Shown here in pieces: positions 24,901-37,074 of a stretch of 64,000 bases of DNA. The notes beneath the pieces are model-generated. The model was given only the letters and a program-made list of their open reading frames with translations, did not search any database and had not been told where the DNA came from. The DNA is from Klebsormidium nitens. Its lineage: Eukaryota; Plantae; Klebsormidiophyceae. The DNA lies in the NCBI GenBank assembly GCA_000708835.1, contig DF237043.1, positions 1 through 64,000 of the forward strand, written 5' to 3'. The stretch's first letter is position 1. The number at the start of each line of letters is the position of its first letter. A program made the translations under genes and the position numbers.

Positions 24901-26943
24901 CTTCTGAACCTTCACGAGGCTTGGCCTAACCAAGCAAAAAGAACTGACTGGACCAAACTAAGAAGATTAGAAGGGTTAGCCTAAAACCCACCTACGGTAC
25001 CGATAGAGCAGCCGGTGCGCCTGATGCGCCGGCAGCTTCGCTAACCCGTCCGCATACTCCAAATACACAAACAAAACCGGTTGTGCGCGGCCCTCCACCT
25101 TCTCCGTTCGCAGCTCCCGGAACCGCCCAATCCCCACGCGCTTATGCACGACAAGCTCCCCCCGGACTAATCGGTGCGGGTCAATCGAGTTGTCGATCTC
25201 GCCGTCGGCACCCGCGTTTCCCGAAACCACCGCCAAACCCTGGCGCAGCTTTTCCTTAACGAAGCTAGCCGGAGACTTTGGGGTTCGGGAGCGGGGCTCA
25301 GGCGCTTTCCGGGTCGGTTTTGGCGGAGGCAGGAGCGGCTTTGACGGGACGGGGGCGTTTGCTGACCGGGAGGGGGGCAATCCGTACCCAACCTCTGTTT
25401 CGGGGGGGTCCGAGTCCTCCTCCGAGTCCCCCCCAATCTCGTCATAGATGCCTTCCCTGGCGCTTGTGCTCGACAGCATCTCCACCTTCTCATGCCCGTT
25501 TTGGGACGAGTCATCCAAAAGGATGTCAGAAAAACCGTCGCTCTCCTCGCCCGAGCTGCGCAGACCGTCCGTTTCGGCATCACTGCTCACAGCCTCCTTT
25601 ACTGGCCTCCGCCTCCGCCGGACCGGTTTCCTTTGCCCGTTTACACCAGTCTTCAGCCCCTCAACTTCACCATCTAACTCCGACTGTTTCCCTCCCCTTA
25701 CGAACGCCTCGCTTTCGTCTTCCGAATCCGTCTCCACCGCTTTCCGCCTCCGCACAGCCCTTTTTCGCCCGTTCACTCCAGACTCAGTAGCGATAGCCCC
25801 ATTCACACTGACACGATTCACATCAGCGCCAACTCCTTTGGCCCCATTCGCACCCGCCCCATTTGCGGTCCCAACGGCCGCCAGTGCCTCACTGTCTGAG
25901 TCCGAAGCTCCCAACTCCCCACTCGCATCTGCCGGCTGATCCCCCGGCTTGGCATCTTCGACGAGCTTACTCGTTCTCTTCCGCCGCACCACACTTCTCT
26001 TTGCCGTGCTCTCATTCCCTGCAGTGGTGGCGCGCCTCCTCCTCTTTGGGGCGCCGTTCACATCAACCCCATTCACACCACCCTCAATCGCACCTTCAAA
26101 ACCTCCCCCATTCGCACTACCACTTCCATGCAATCCTGAAGTCGCTCCCTTGACTTCCTCCCTCATTGTCAATGACCGTTCAGACGGCACCCCTTCCTCT
26201 TCATCGATCACCGTCCGCCTACTACGAACCCGGCGAGGCCCGTTTCCTACGTCCACCCCTCCAGCAATCTCTTGCAAGGCCCTAAAATCTACTTCCGCCG
26301 GCGACTCAAACGTCGCTGTCTTTCTGGCTGCCGAAGCTCGACAACTTCTCGGTGCCTTTTCCCCCCTCTCACCCCATCCTGGAAACGCTACACCTGCAAG
26401 CCTAGATTCTCTTTGTGAAAAAGCACTACAACGCTGAAGCCCTAACCCGCGGTGGTTTACATAACCCTGCTGGCTGGCTGAAGGCCTGGTAGAGGCAGAG
26501 GTGCTAGGGGGACCAGTGTCGGCCAATCGGCCCGCCATATCAGGCCGCTCGGTCTCTGCCCCATCTAGTTTCTCCTCTTTTCGTCCCCACTCTTTAAAGG
26601 AATCTGATTCCCAAGTTCCTTGCACTGGTGCTAAACAAGAAAGTATCTTTCTAGGGTTTGGAACCCGAGCTCGACACCCTAACCTGGTCGCAGGAAGCAG
26701 AGTCGCTTCCAAGGAGCGCCTTCCTCTTGCCAAAAAAGGTAGAGGCCGAAAACCAGCAAAGGAACATCCTTGCAGTAAGGAACTACTTCTTGTCAGGGGC
26801 GACTGGTAACAGTGCCACGTTTTCTGATTGGCAAGCAACGGAACACTAGAAAAACCAGTCCGGCGCTCCGTGTGTGCACTTGACAGCAATGCTGTGGCAA
26901 CCGGCGAAGACAAAGGGATCTGCGCTGACGATGCAGCCATCAC
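15911..26943 (-). CDS. MFD: Plastid-type transcription-repair coupling factor Mfd (At3g02060-like ATP-dependent DNA helicase), 13 exons
   Basis: Exons: 26943-24992, 24384-24156, 23582-23448, 22818-22660, 22287-22201, 21306-21182, 20815-20676, 20422-20328, 19833-19579, 19056-18835, 18376-18206, 17250-17050, 16030-15911. Motifs include a CarD/RID domain ([11 protein letters not shown]), [34 protein letters not shown] and RDLTIRG, after a Ser-rich transit-peptide-like N-terminus. Confidence 0.93.
16650..17075 (-). repeat. Tandem ~130-bp units, each containing a copy of the Mfd exon 12 3' end and donor site
   Basis: GGCTCCGCCGGCTTCTTG|GTGAGC (or a decayed form) occurs at ~17050, ~16920, ~16785 and ~16660. 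Confidence 0.85.
17250..17525 (-). repeat. Tandem ~130-bp units, each containing a copy of the Mfd exon 12 acceptor and 5' end
   Basis: CACAG|CGGC(G/C)GCT(C/G)CA(A/G)AT occurs at 17250, 17379 and, decayed, ~17515. Confidence 0.85.
18048..18150 (-). repeat. Diverged copy of dispersed MITE-like repeat in an Mfd intron
   Basis: The reverse complement contains AACACTAAA...TACCTGCT...CCCACCCGTCCC. Confidence 0.55.
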
Positions 26944-27399
26944 GCCACCACCTCAACTTCTAGCAGCCTGGCCGGCAAAGCTCAGGCCACCCTCTTCAAC
27001 GCTCCCTAGCTGCACCTCTCTCCCTCGGATGCTTTGCAGGTGCAATCTTCAAGTTCAAGAGACGTCCTGCCTGGACGTCCAATCCGAAGTGAGCTTCCTT
27101 TCGAAGATATTGAAGTGCATTTCGAGCAGCAGGATGTGAATCCTCCGTTCTGGACCATAAGAGACTTGAATGACCGTAGATCCAAAACTACATGGCAAGA
27201 TTGAACGGCACTGCCTCTTCTAGCTCAATGTCAGCCTGGAAACGATGCGGCCATGAACACTGCCCTTTCGCTATTCAACTGCTGTAGAGCTGCTCTCTGG
27301 AGATCAGAATCAGCATTGCCAATTTTCGACCTGAACTCCTGGCATCCACGCTCTCAGACTCTAGTCCTAGCTCCCTGGTCCAGCGCATCAGTGATCACC

Positions 27400-29058
27400 A
27401 TGAAGGCTGCCCTTGTAATCCTCGTCCTCGCCGGCCTCCTCATCGCAGTCCCTCAAGAGGTTGGGGCATCCTCTGATGAGGCGCTCCAGTTTGTCAAGCA
27501 GTTTATTGCGGAACACCCGATCGCAATGTTCAGCAAGTCCTACTGCCCGTAAGCTTCCTCTTCATCACATTTTAGACTTTGGGTTGGGTTTTGCCTTGAA
27601 ATGTTAGAAACGATGCGACCTGAGCATGCAACTCGATTGCAGTTTAGATTGCTGGAGGTTCCAATCCTGCGTACTGGGTGTCTCTGGGGCTTGGCAAGCC
27701 TCTTAACTGGCTATTTCACTCTGACCTGAATCACCTCTGATCACGCTCACAAAGGCCGGAGAAGCTGGAGAGCAGAGGAGACCATGGTGTAACGCATCAT
27801 ACACGCTTTAGGTTGGGGACGAACAACTTTGCCGTTTCAGCATGAAGTTTTCCTTCTGATCATCCAAGAATACCTGCACAGCATCTTCCAGTAGGTCACA
27901 AAGTGTCGCTGTCTTTGGACATGGAATTCACCTGCCCCTCGACAACCAGACACACGGGATTGAATTCCAATCCAAGGTTTCAACGTGGATAGCATTTTCA
28001 CAATTGAGTGGGCTTGTCATGGCAGGTACTGTGCGAGGGCGAAGCAGGCGTTCAAGGCTCTAGGGCCCGATGCTGAGCCGGCAGTGGTGGAACTGGACGG
28101 CAGAGGTGAGAGCAGGTTGACCCAGAAAAGCCTCGAGCGTAGATCAACTCAAACATCGATTCATTTTGCAGGTGGTGACCACAAGGCAATTGAAGTTAGA
28201 ATGTCGGTTTAGCCTGCAAGGGGCACAATGGTGCATGTTTCGTTGTGTTGTAACTGAATAATCTGTATGTTGGCGACTTCTCATCAATTCAGTTTCGTAC
28301 TTGCACTGGGTTGATTTGGCCCTGTTGGTTTTGTATGTGACCTAGTTCTCTGTTCCAGATCAGGCAAAGAGTCCGCCTAAGCAGGCGGAGTTGTGGAGAC
28401 CCATTCGATCCCTGGTTGAATCTTGAATTGTACATTGACCTCCTTTCCAGTTTCTAGCAAGCGTTTCTCTTGGCAAACATGGGCGAAGAAGCTGATCTTT
28501 CGAGTGATCTAAAGCTTCTGCTTTGCGTGCTCTTGATTCTCATTAATTGGGGACTGGTCTTGATGCTCTTCACATCTGTCACAGAGGATGGTTACGCGAT
28601 CCAGGATGCACTTGGGGAACTTGTAGGCCGGCGCTCCGTTCCTCAAGTCTTTATTGATGGCTTTCATATTGGTGGCTCTGATGGTAAGTTTTTTCAACCC
28701 CTTACACTTGCAGTTTCTTGTATCAAAGCTGTCTTCGAGATAAATGTGCTCTTGTGTGTGTGCAAGTAGAAGTCAAGCTCAATAGAACCAATGAAAGAAA
28801 GAATACTTGTACTAGAGTATGCTGCTACGTTTAAAGGCATGCATGCTACCTGAAGAATCCAGACGAAAAGTGGGAAGATGATTGACAAGCTTTGAAAGTT
28901 GACGGCAGTTGCGGAAAAGATTGGGTTCATGTCTCTTAGTCAAATTGTGGTCTTCACGTTTGCATGCAGATACGGTGGATGCTTATCAAAGTGGTAAGCT
29001 TGCCAAGCTAGTGGCAAAGGCTACTGGGAAAGCTGCTTCGGCTTTCAATACCAAGTAA
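27400..29058 (+). CDS. Class I (CPYC) glutaredoxin with N-terminal signal peptide, GRXC3/C4-like
   Basis: Exons are 27400-27548, 28027-28106, ~28585-28684 and ~28970-29058. The protein has a [18 protein letters not shown] signal, FSKSYCP|YC split by intron 1, SVPQVFI and IGGSD; TAA at 29056-29058. Confidence 0.92.
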
Positions 29059-30304
29059 TCTTTGAATGTCAAAGAGGGAAGCACTTTTCCTCATATTTTC
29101 ATCGCAATCGCCATTCATGCAATTGCAAATCCCTGTGTAAGACGACTACTTTACGAAATTTGCACCAGGGCATGAGCGGTTGAATTTGAGGGATAGTTCT
29201 TGTCACTCATGTGAATGGTATTCTGATTTCTGCCCATTTCTTTACTGGACAAAGCGAGTGTCAAAACGTGGTGGACGGCCATTATGGCCAATTGCCATGT
29301 GACTATACTGTCTTCAGAAGAGCTACAACACCATTGACCGCGTTGGCATTGAGTGCAACCATGGTGCAACGGCTAAGTCGCATTAAATGTACATATAGAG
29401 CATACTCGGGAGTAAGGGCGAATTGCATGTACGTGAAAAGTCTGAACTGGCAAGATCGGACTGCAACATTCAGTTTGGATTCTCAAGCAACTTCTTAGTA
29501 TGAGTTGACGCAGCCTTGATGGTCAAATCGTATGCAAGATTGTGAAATTCTCGAACTATATAGTACCAGTGCGACCATTCCGACAACTTAAGTTAGTGAC
29601 ACATATGTATAGCTTGAGGCCATGGATGTCACTACCGCGGTGGCCACATTGAAGTTCTGGATGTAAAATTCTCAACTATAGCTCGCGCTGTCACTGCTAG
29701 TGTAGCCTGCGCGCGCGGGTAAATTTATTGTTACTATGTGGATCGGACAGCTCTAGCTATATAAGCTGTTCAACGTATGCATATATATGGCCGGCTCCAG
29801 ACGGACTCTGATTTCATATTGGACTCAACTTATTGGTAGTGTCGAATTGACCATCATTGTATTGGTCTATGCATATCATTCATGCAATAATTGCGCAGCC
29901 TAAGCATGGCTGCCAAGATAGTCACACACAGGATTGAAAGTGAAGATAAAGATCCCGCAGCCTTGATGGCCCAAGCTCCAAAATTTGGATAATGCATGCA
30001 AGAACCTTGTTCCAAGGCCAATGACTGGTGCACTAGATGCCTATCCGCTCCTAGAAAACCTCTCCCTTCACGACTCTATCTGCCTACCAAGCTAGCATGT
30101 GTATAATTTCTCGAACCTGCAAATGGCTTGATCGAAACACTCGACAAATTGCATCCACGACGACCTTGCTAAGGGCGCCTCTCAATGCTACTCGACTGGA
30201 TGCTTATACCTACAGCCTCCGACTATAGAACATGATCTCCTTTGACTCACTGTCACGAGCATGCACAATGCTCAAACCGCAATCTACACGTACCCCACCG
30301 TTCC

Positions 30305-33300
30305 CTACTTTCGAATAAAGATGCGGCTGACCGTCTTGAGGAAGAACGACCACTCCTCGTCCCCTAACAATATCATGTCCCCATCCTTGTCCTGGTAAAC
30401 CACTAACCGCCCATGAGTTGCATCCAGTAGCGCATTCTTCAGCTGTTGCGTGCTCTTGTACTGACTCAAATCCACGACCACTCCGTACGGCGACTCCTCC
30501 ACGAAACACTTCACCTGTGGCCGCTGCTCCTCCTCGCTTTCCGGGGGGCCAATTCTCAAGCCAAGACCAGGCCCCTCAACCCCCCCGTCACCATCGCCAT
30601 CTGGTCGCACATCCTCCTCAACCTTCGGCGTCAGAACCCCAGGTGCGCTCTGCCCCTCCAACCGCTTCCCCACCTCCAGAAACCCGTTCCTCAGCGTCTC
30701 CCCCCATAACCGCCGTTCGTCTGGTTGCCGGGCTTCCGCATCCTCCCCCCCCAGCAAACCCCCGAGCCTAGTTTGCCCCTCGCTCAGCACACGACGGACC
30801 GAGGCCAGCTGCCTAGCTGTGCCTTCGTTGACCGGCGCACCATCGAACGCCGCTGCGAACCGCCTCTTTGGGCTCAGAGACGCCTTCACCGGAAGCGACC
30901 CCGTCCGAAGAAGTTGCCTCGGTACGGAGTCTCCTAGGGACGGGGTCAAGGTCACTCCAAACAACCGGGGGGCGCTCGATGGGGGCCCTGGGGACCCCCC
31001 CAGGGGAGCGGAACCGTGGAGCCATGCTCGTTGCGGAAGGCAGGGCTTCTCCTCGTACGCGCTAGACTGTGTGGGAGACGCGCCGAATGGTACGGGCGAA
31101 GGGAGGGCGGGGCCCCCCTCCTGCGGATAAGAGTTTGAAGTTTACACCCGGAAACTTCGGCCAGAGTGCAGATTCGTCTTGACTTGCTTCGCGGATGCAC
31201 TGCTGCTAACACTCCTGCTAACGACTTCGATAGCTGAGTGCCTGATTTGCAGAACAAGGGGGCGCACGAGAAATATCCCACGACTCATCAGCGAATAACC
31301 TTTTCGGTCCAACCTCGGGCGTGTCAGCAGCAGTGCATGCTGTCAAGTCTGCACTAGTTGGCAGGTGCAGATCCACAGGACAACCCCAAATCTTAACAGC
31401 GATTTCCCGGATCAGTATTTTGGGGAAGACTCTGCAACTGAGTTGACTAGGCTGGTGTCTCGGTCAGAGAAATCTCTTCCAAAGGACTCGAGTCGACATC
31501 TGGTATCAGCATGACCGACTAAGAGCAAACTACGAACTGCGAGAGAGGCGGTGATGCAGTGAACTCTCAGGCTTGGCTATTCGCATTGCCTGCAAGACAC
31601 CACCACTCGGATTCTCCAAAACCCGTTTTCTGACTTTCTGTGTAGTCTATGACCAGCGCTCCTGAAACTTGCATAGCTTATCACTCACCCCGGACTGGGT
31701 CCTCGCATAGCCTATGTACAGCTGCCCAGTGTGGCCCTTTTCAAACACAACGTTGTCCCCTGGGAGCAGGCCCTTCTCTTTGACAAAGCGCGACCAACCC
31801 TTGGTCAACACGTAGCTCTGGCTGCTGTTCCAGTAGCTGTACCTGCAGAAGCAAAACTTGGACGATTCAACATGGAACCCAAGTGGAAGTGCGTGTTCTC
31901 GTAAATGAGAGTGAAACTTGCGGAGTAAATTGCCCACTCTGTCTACTGTTTCAGAAAAGATAGAGTCAGAAATAGCACGGTTGAGTTTGCAGGGTGCTAG
32001 AAATGCTGGCGGGAAGGAAACTAGTGAGGTCAGCTTATGTCCAGAAAGGTGTTGACTTTTTTGCTTGGTGGGGTCCCAAATTGGATTGTAGGTGTGCGAT
32101 TGAGCGGCAGGGAACCCAGTATCAGAGTCAGAATCAAACGTTGAGGTTTTCAAATTCAGTGTGGAGGAGGAATGCTGGTATGCTGATGTATTGGATGGCA
32201 GCATTGTCACGCTCATGCTCATAGGATCAGCCGTGCTTCTAATCAAGATAGGCTTGTTCCTTCCTCACAACCACTCCTATGAACCATTCTGTGGGCCTAT
32301 TCACTCAATAATTTGATTTTGCAACCAGACAATAATATGCTCCTCCACTCAAAATCAGAAGCTCAAAGCGGGTGGCGGAGATGCAGAAACCAGATAATCA
32401 GCCTGGAGACTGTTCTTCTCCTTCTGCTGTCGATGCATTGTTTGACTACACACCGGACCCGCAAAGGACAGCGCATGCTCTTGATGTTAGAAATTACAGT
32501 GAGAGCAAACTCTCATAACATCTAGGATTCTCCGCACCAAGCCCTGAAGATGCAAGATAATAAGGCAGTATTTCTGTGTGAATCCACTTGCCGGCAGCAC
32601 TGGTTTGCAGCTGAGCCGATCCCCACAGACAGTACTCGTGTGCCAGCTGCCTGAACCTAAAGCCTTCAATTCATTTTGGTTGCTTTGGTACACTTGGTGG
32701 AATTTCAAGACAATCTATCTTGAAGCATCTAATATCGCCAGGTGACGATACCTGATGAATCACAACTTGCCCTGCAAACCTCACCCCCTGCAGCAGTCCA
32801 CAATGTCAGGTTGGCAGAAAGGGCTGAGCAGTAATGCAACGCCCGACAAGAAGGCCAAAAGGAGGGTTCTGCGTGGTTCGCTAACCTGAAGCGCCAGAAC
32901 TTGCCCCGCTCGTCCTCAAACTGCAGCGTCTGCCCGACGCTGACTTGGTCAAGGTCTAGCGGGAAGAACCGCTCCGCGTAGTGCTTGGGAAACACGAGCC
33001 GGTTCAGCTTCCCCACATCCGAGGGCGTCAGCGCCTTCTCAAACAGGAACTGACGCTTCTGGGCCCCGTCGAGCGAGGGCTGCTGGAAAGACTCGAGGCG
33101 GGCCGCCAGTTGGCCGAGCCGGGCGCTGTTGGCCATCTCCTCGTCGAACGTGTGCTTACGGAGCATCTCAACAAGCTGCAGGGAGGGGGGAAGATGTGCA
33201 CCCTCAGGAGGCGATGCAGACATACAGCAGGTTAGAGAAGCACCTTTAAAAATGGTTCAAAATGCTGTCTGGGTAAGCAACATGAGATTGGCACAAATCA

Positions 33301-35242
33301 AAAAAAGGAAAAAAGGAAACCAGAAAGCAAGCTCACAATTTTTGACAAGACCAGGTACGAGGACCGGGGAAAACGGAACGGAAGTGTCACAAGGGGAAAA
33401 GAACCAGGGGTTGGTGTAGCTACTCAAAGAAGTGGTACCCAATGTGCATGAGGGGCACTGAATTGTCACAAGTGCAAACCAGTGGTATCGAAGCAGGCTG
33501 AGCATGACATCCTGAGACTCGTCACCAAACTTTCAGGGGATGCTAGTCCTCAACACCGTGTTTGTACTTGCGAAGTGGATGCGAGCCAGGTAAACCAGAG
33601 AGCTACGATTACAATGACGCATCTCCTCAATAAGCAAATAGAGCATTCCTCAACTCAACGTACAAAGCGTTAAAATCCAGCTGCCAGCAATGAAACTTGC
33701 CTCTTCCGCTTGAGCAAGTACATGCTGCGATCCTCAAATGCAATGTGGATCGAGCAGAGCAGCAATCCTTGAAAAGAAGCGAGAAGCAAACAATGGTGCC
33801 GACTTAAGGCTTTTGAGCACCTTCTGCAGCCCAGATGCAACTATGTTGGCAAAGCACAAACCCTGGTGCAGTCTAGTTGAACGAATGTTGAGAGACTTCC
33901 AGGCCCACGGTTTTGAAACCCCTGGTTCTCAACCCAATCTGACCAGGTCATTTGTCACCTAACTATACGAATCTAATCTCTGTAAGGGTGTGCCGGCAGC
34001 ATGTAGAGCTTGGTAACTACGACCGTGCTAATCAATGCAACAAGCAGCCTTTGAGCAATATCAAACCAGCAAAGCAACTCCAGGGCACATAATGACTCGA
34101 CGAGTACATAGCAGGATTCAAGGGCTGACCTGGTCTCTCCCAACCCCGGCAATGAACGCCCCCTCCGGATCAGCAACCGTCAAGGGCCGGAAGTTTGTCA
34201 TTGCATCGTTGCCCTTAATCTTCACGGCGGCCCGATCGTGAGCACGCGCCGCATCGATCTCGGCGTCATACGTCCCCAGCCATAACCGCACGTGCTTGTC
34301 GTAAATCTGCGCTCCCCACTTGCCGTGCGGCTGCGCAACAACCCCTCGATACTGGCTGGAAAAAAGCTTCAGACTGTCCTCCCTGAACAGAGCAAACCCT
34401 ACGCCGTCCTCCTGCCTGCTTAGACTCTCACCCCTTTCGAAACCTCTTTCTAAACCCTGTTCCAAACCCCGCTCTCCACCTTCCTGGCTCCACCGGCCAG
34501 AGCCCTCTCCAGCTTGCTGGTCAGAAGTCAGCAGACCCGGGGACTGGTTTGCCAGCAGATGCTCAACCTTCAAAATTGCCCGCGCCTCATTCTCAAAACC
34601 TGGGTCCTCCTGAGGACCCGCTGCTGAGCTGCTGGGCTCGTTCTCTGGCTCTGCGACTGCATCTTTGCCCTTGAGATGCTGGACCTCAAGAGTACGAATG
34701 CGGCCGGACCCATCAGTATTGCGGTACTCGTCAATCTCAAACTTCCCGCTCTTCAGGATCATCTTGCATTTCCCCGAGGCTTCAGGGAAGGGTGCAGGAT
34801 GGCTGGAAAGACTGTCCAGTGCAATAGACACAGGTTTAGCTGACTCAGCACCACGCTCCCACTCTCCTTCTGCTGGCTTCCCTCCCATGTTCCAAGACAA
34901 AGGCGGCACCGCTTTCCCCTTTTTCCCCTCTTCCTCCAAACCAGGCCTGGCTGAAGTGCTTCTGCCTCGCCATGCATCTAAGGAGGCCCTGATGCTGCTT
35001 CCAGGCAATGCTTCGGTCTTCTTCTCCTGGCCCAGATGGAGCATAGTCTCTTCAGGCAGTGCCTCTATCTTCGGATAAGCAGCCCCCACGCAGTTCACAA
35101 TCTGCATCCCAAACGTGCTGCGGACTACGCCCTTGGGAGGAGCGGCCTTGGGACGTTCCCGCTGATCCATTGGGCCGTTGCCATTTGGCTCGGGCTTCTC
35201 CCTAGGCGGCACAATGCCTGCAGCTCCCTCGGAGTCGAACAT
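30305..35242 (-). CDS. RAV: RAV transcription factor with AP2, B3, RLFGV repression motif and C-terminal PB1 domain
   Basis: Exons are 35242-34130 (AP2: SSQYRGVV...WGAQI...RLWLGTY), 33175-32886 and 31842-31689 (B3: [21 protein letters not shown]...RF|[17 protein letters not shown]), and 31120-30305 (RLFGV; PB1 VKCF...[16 protein letters not shown]). The start codon choice is uncertain. Confidence 0.93.
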
Positions 35243-35568
35243 CTTCCTTAGCAGGTGCAACTAAGTAGGTACGTCCAACTTGTACTAAAGACCTTGAGAT
35301 GCCTTGCCACAGGTGCTAGCAAAACCAATGCAGCAAAGCAGATGACAAACTTCAGAGAAAGCTTTGATCGGATTGACCCTTAATGGGGTCTGGCAAATGT
35401 TAGGTCCTAGAGAACGTACGGGCCATCCTGCACGCTTACGCACACGGACCAAAGAAGGCCAACAACGTGCACTACCGTATCCTGCGGACTAATTTAAGTA
35501 GACTCTCGAGGAGAGCTCCTCAAAGAGCTCCTTAGCAAGGCGAATCCCACCGCCAAGGGAGTGTATAA

Positions 35569-35832
35569 GGGGAAGGTCACATTGAAGTGGTACCCCCCCT
35601 AATTATTTGTAGAGGGTTTTTGCCGGGAGCGCTGGGTCCCCCCCCCATACCCACGGCCCAAGTCGAATCGGAGCGTCGGGCCCCCCTCCCATATAANNNN
35701 NNNNNNNNNNNNNNNNNNNNNNNNNNNNNNNNNGTGTCCCCCCCCATAGGAACCCCGAGCCGCGCTCAGTGCCCTAGGTCCCCCCCCCTCATAAAAAATC
35801 AGGGGGGGTACCACTTCAAAATGACCTTCCCC
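35569..35832. mobile_element. Tourist/PIF-Harbinger-like MITE
   Basis: TIRs of ~35 bp, GGGGAAGGTCA(CA/TT)TTGAAGTGGTACCCCCCCT, flanked by TAA at 35566-35568 and 35833-35835 (3-bp TSD). A small N gap lies inside. Confidence 0.8.
35697..35733. other. Assembly gap (N run)
   Basis: Short N run inside the MITE. Confidence 1.
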
Positions 35833-36383
35833 TAACCTAGGTACACCTCAGGGACCTGAGTACGGTCCGTCGGTAGACTCCGGTCCTTGCAGGGTTGCCA
35901 GGGCGCTCTTGCAGGAGAGGAGGCTCTACAAAGAGGAGGAGCTACAGATCATGCTACAGATGCAGAGGACTCGAGATTAAATAGTAATACCGCCTGCGCC
36001 GTTGGCCCGTTGGCACGCCAGCCTTCATGTTGATTCCAATTTCCAAAAGTTCCAAGTGGGAGCCAGCGTCACCTGGAGGGACTACGGTACGTACGGTACC
36101 TAGGTACCGTACCTTGTCAGCAATGAGCATCCTGGGAAAACTCCTGCTCACGGTGTGATGATCATGATATGGCCCTGCAAGGCTGCAACACCGTGCATGT
36201 GCCCATGGGTACGTCACAGGCTGTTTCTGAGTCAGGCTGCGGACCGTGCGGCGCGCGCCACGGTCCTCCAGGTGGCGGTCACGACGGTACCTTCAAGTGA
36301 CGGTCACGCCGTAACGGTCCCTCGACGGTCGACCGGCAAGTCCCGACTCCCGACTCCCGACTCCCGACTCCTCATGACGGACT

Positions 36384-36550
36384 AATTTAGGTATATTATA
36401 AGAGCCAGGTATAATAAGCTCCAACTAACACTAAAAACCTAACCCAACAATCTACCCGCTCCGCACCCGTATTCACCCTAACCCCCAAACTAACCCCACC
36501 CGTCCCCTTCTGGCGAGCTTATTATACCTGCCGCTTATTATTCCTAAATT
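36384..36550. mobile_element. MITE-like element; most complete copy of the dispersed repeat family
   Basis: A perfect 16-bp inverted repeat CAGGTATAATAAGCTC (36406-36421 / 36515-36530) extends imperfectly to AATTTAGG at both ends and encloses the C/A-rich core. No clear TSD. Confidence 0.65.
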
Positions 36551-37074
36551 GTCCGAGCTCGACTCGGAGTCCTCATGGTGGAACCAGCTGCGCAGCCTTC
36601 CCGAATTTTGGCGCAAGAATCGCTTCGATTCGCGAAGCGAGGGTTACCTACTATGGTACATTATCCCTCGACCGGTTTTTGCGTTCAGCCATTTCGGCGT
36701 TGAGTATTAGTAAAGTTTCGGCGTCGAATTCCGTTGGCGACCCCAGCGGTGAATGTATAATGTAGGTATATCATATACGTCTATTTAACGCTCAGCCGTT
36801 GAATAAACGCGAGACCCTTACCAGGTTCGACGATTCATCAGAGTCCGGTTGTTCGATAAGTTGGTTACCCTCACTCGTGCTCGAGCATATCGAAGATTTC
36901 GCGTCGAACGAGAGCGGATTCGGAGGCCCTCGTGGAATATCCGCTCTCGTTCGACGCGGAGCTTCGATATTCTCTCGCACTCGTTGGATAACCTATACTT
37001 ATCGGTACGTAAGTAGGTACATACGGTTACCGGTAGGTCCAAATTACGGTAGGTACCTACTAGGTAGATACCTT

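Noticed and set aside
25167-26809. Multiple overlapping ORFs antisense to or frame-shifted from large GC-rich exons (also 9845-11216, 30418-31130, 34320-35078)
   Set aside because: These are expected shadow ORFs of GC-rich coding sequence.
15911-26943. Bacterial contamination or recent HGT as the source of mfd
   Set aside because: Twelve GT-AG introns and a transit-peptide-like N-terminus fit the known nuclear-encoded plastid Mfd of plants.
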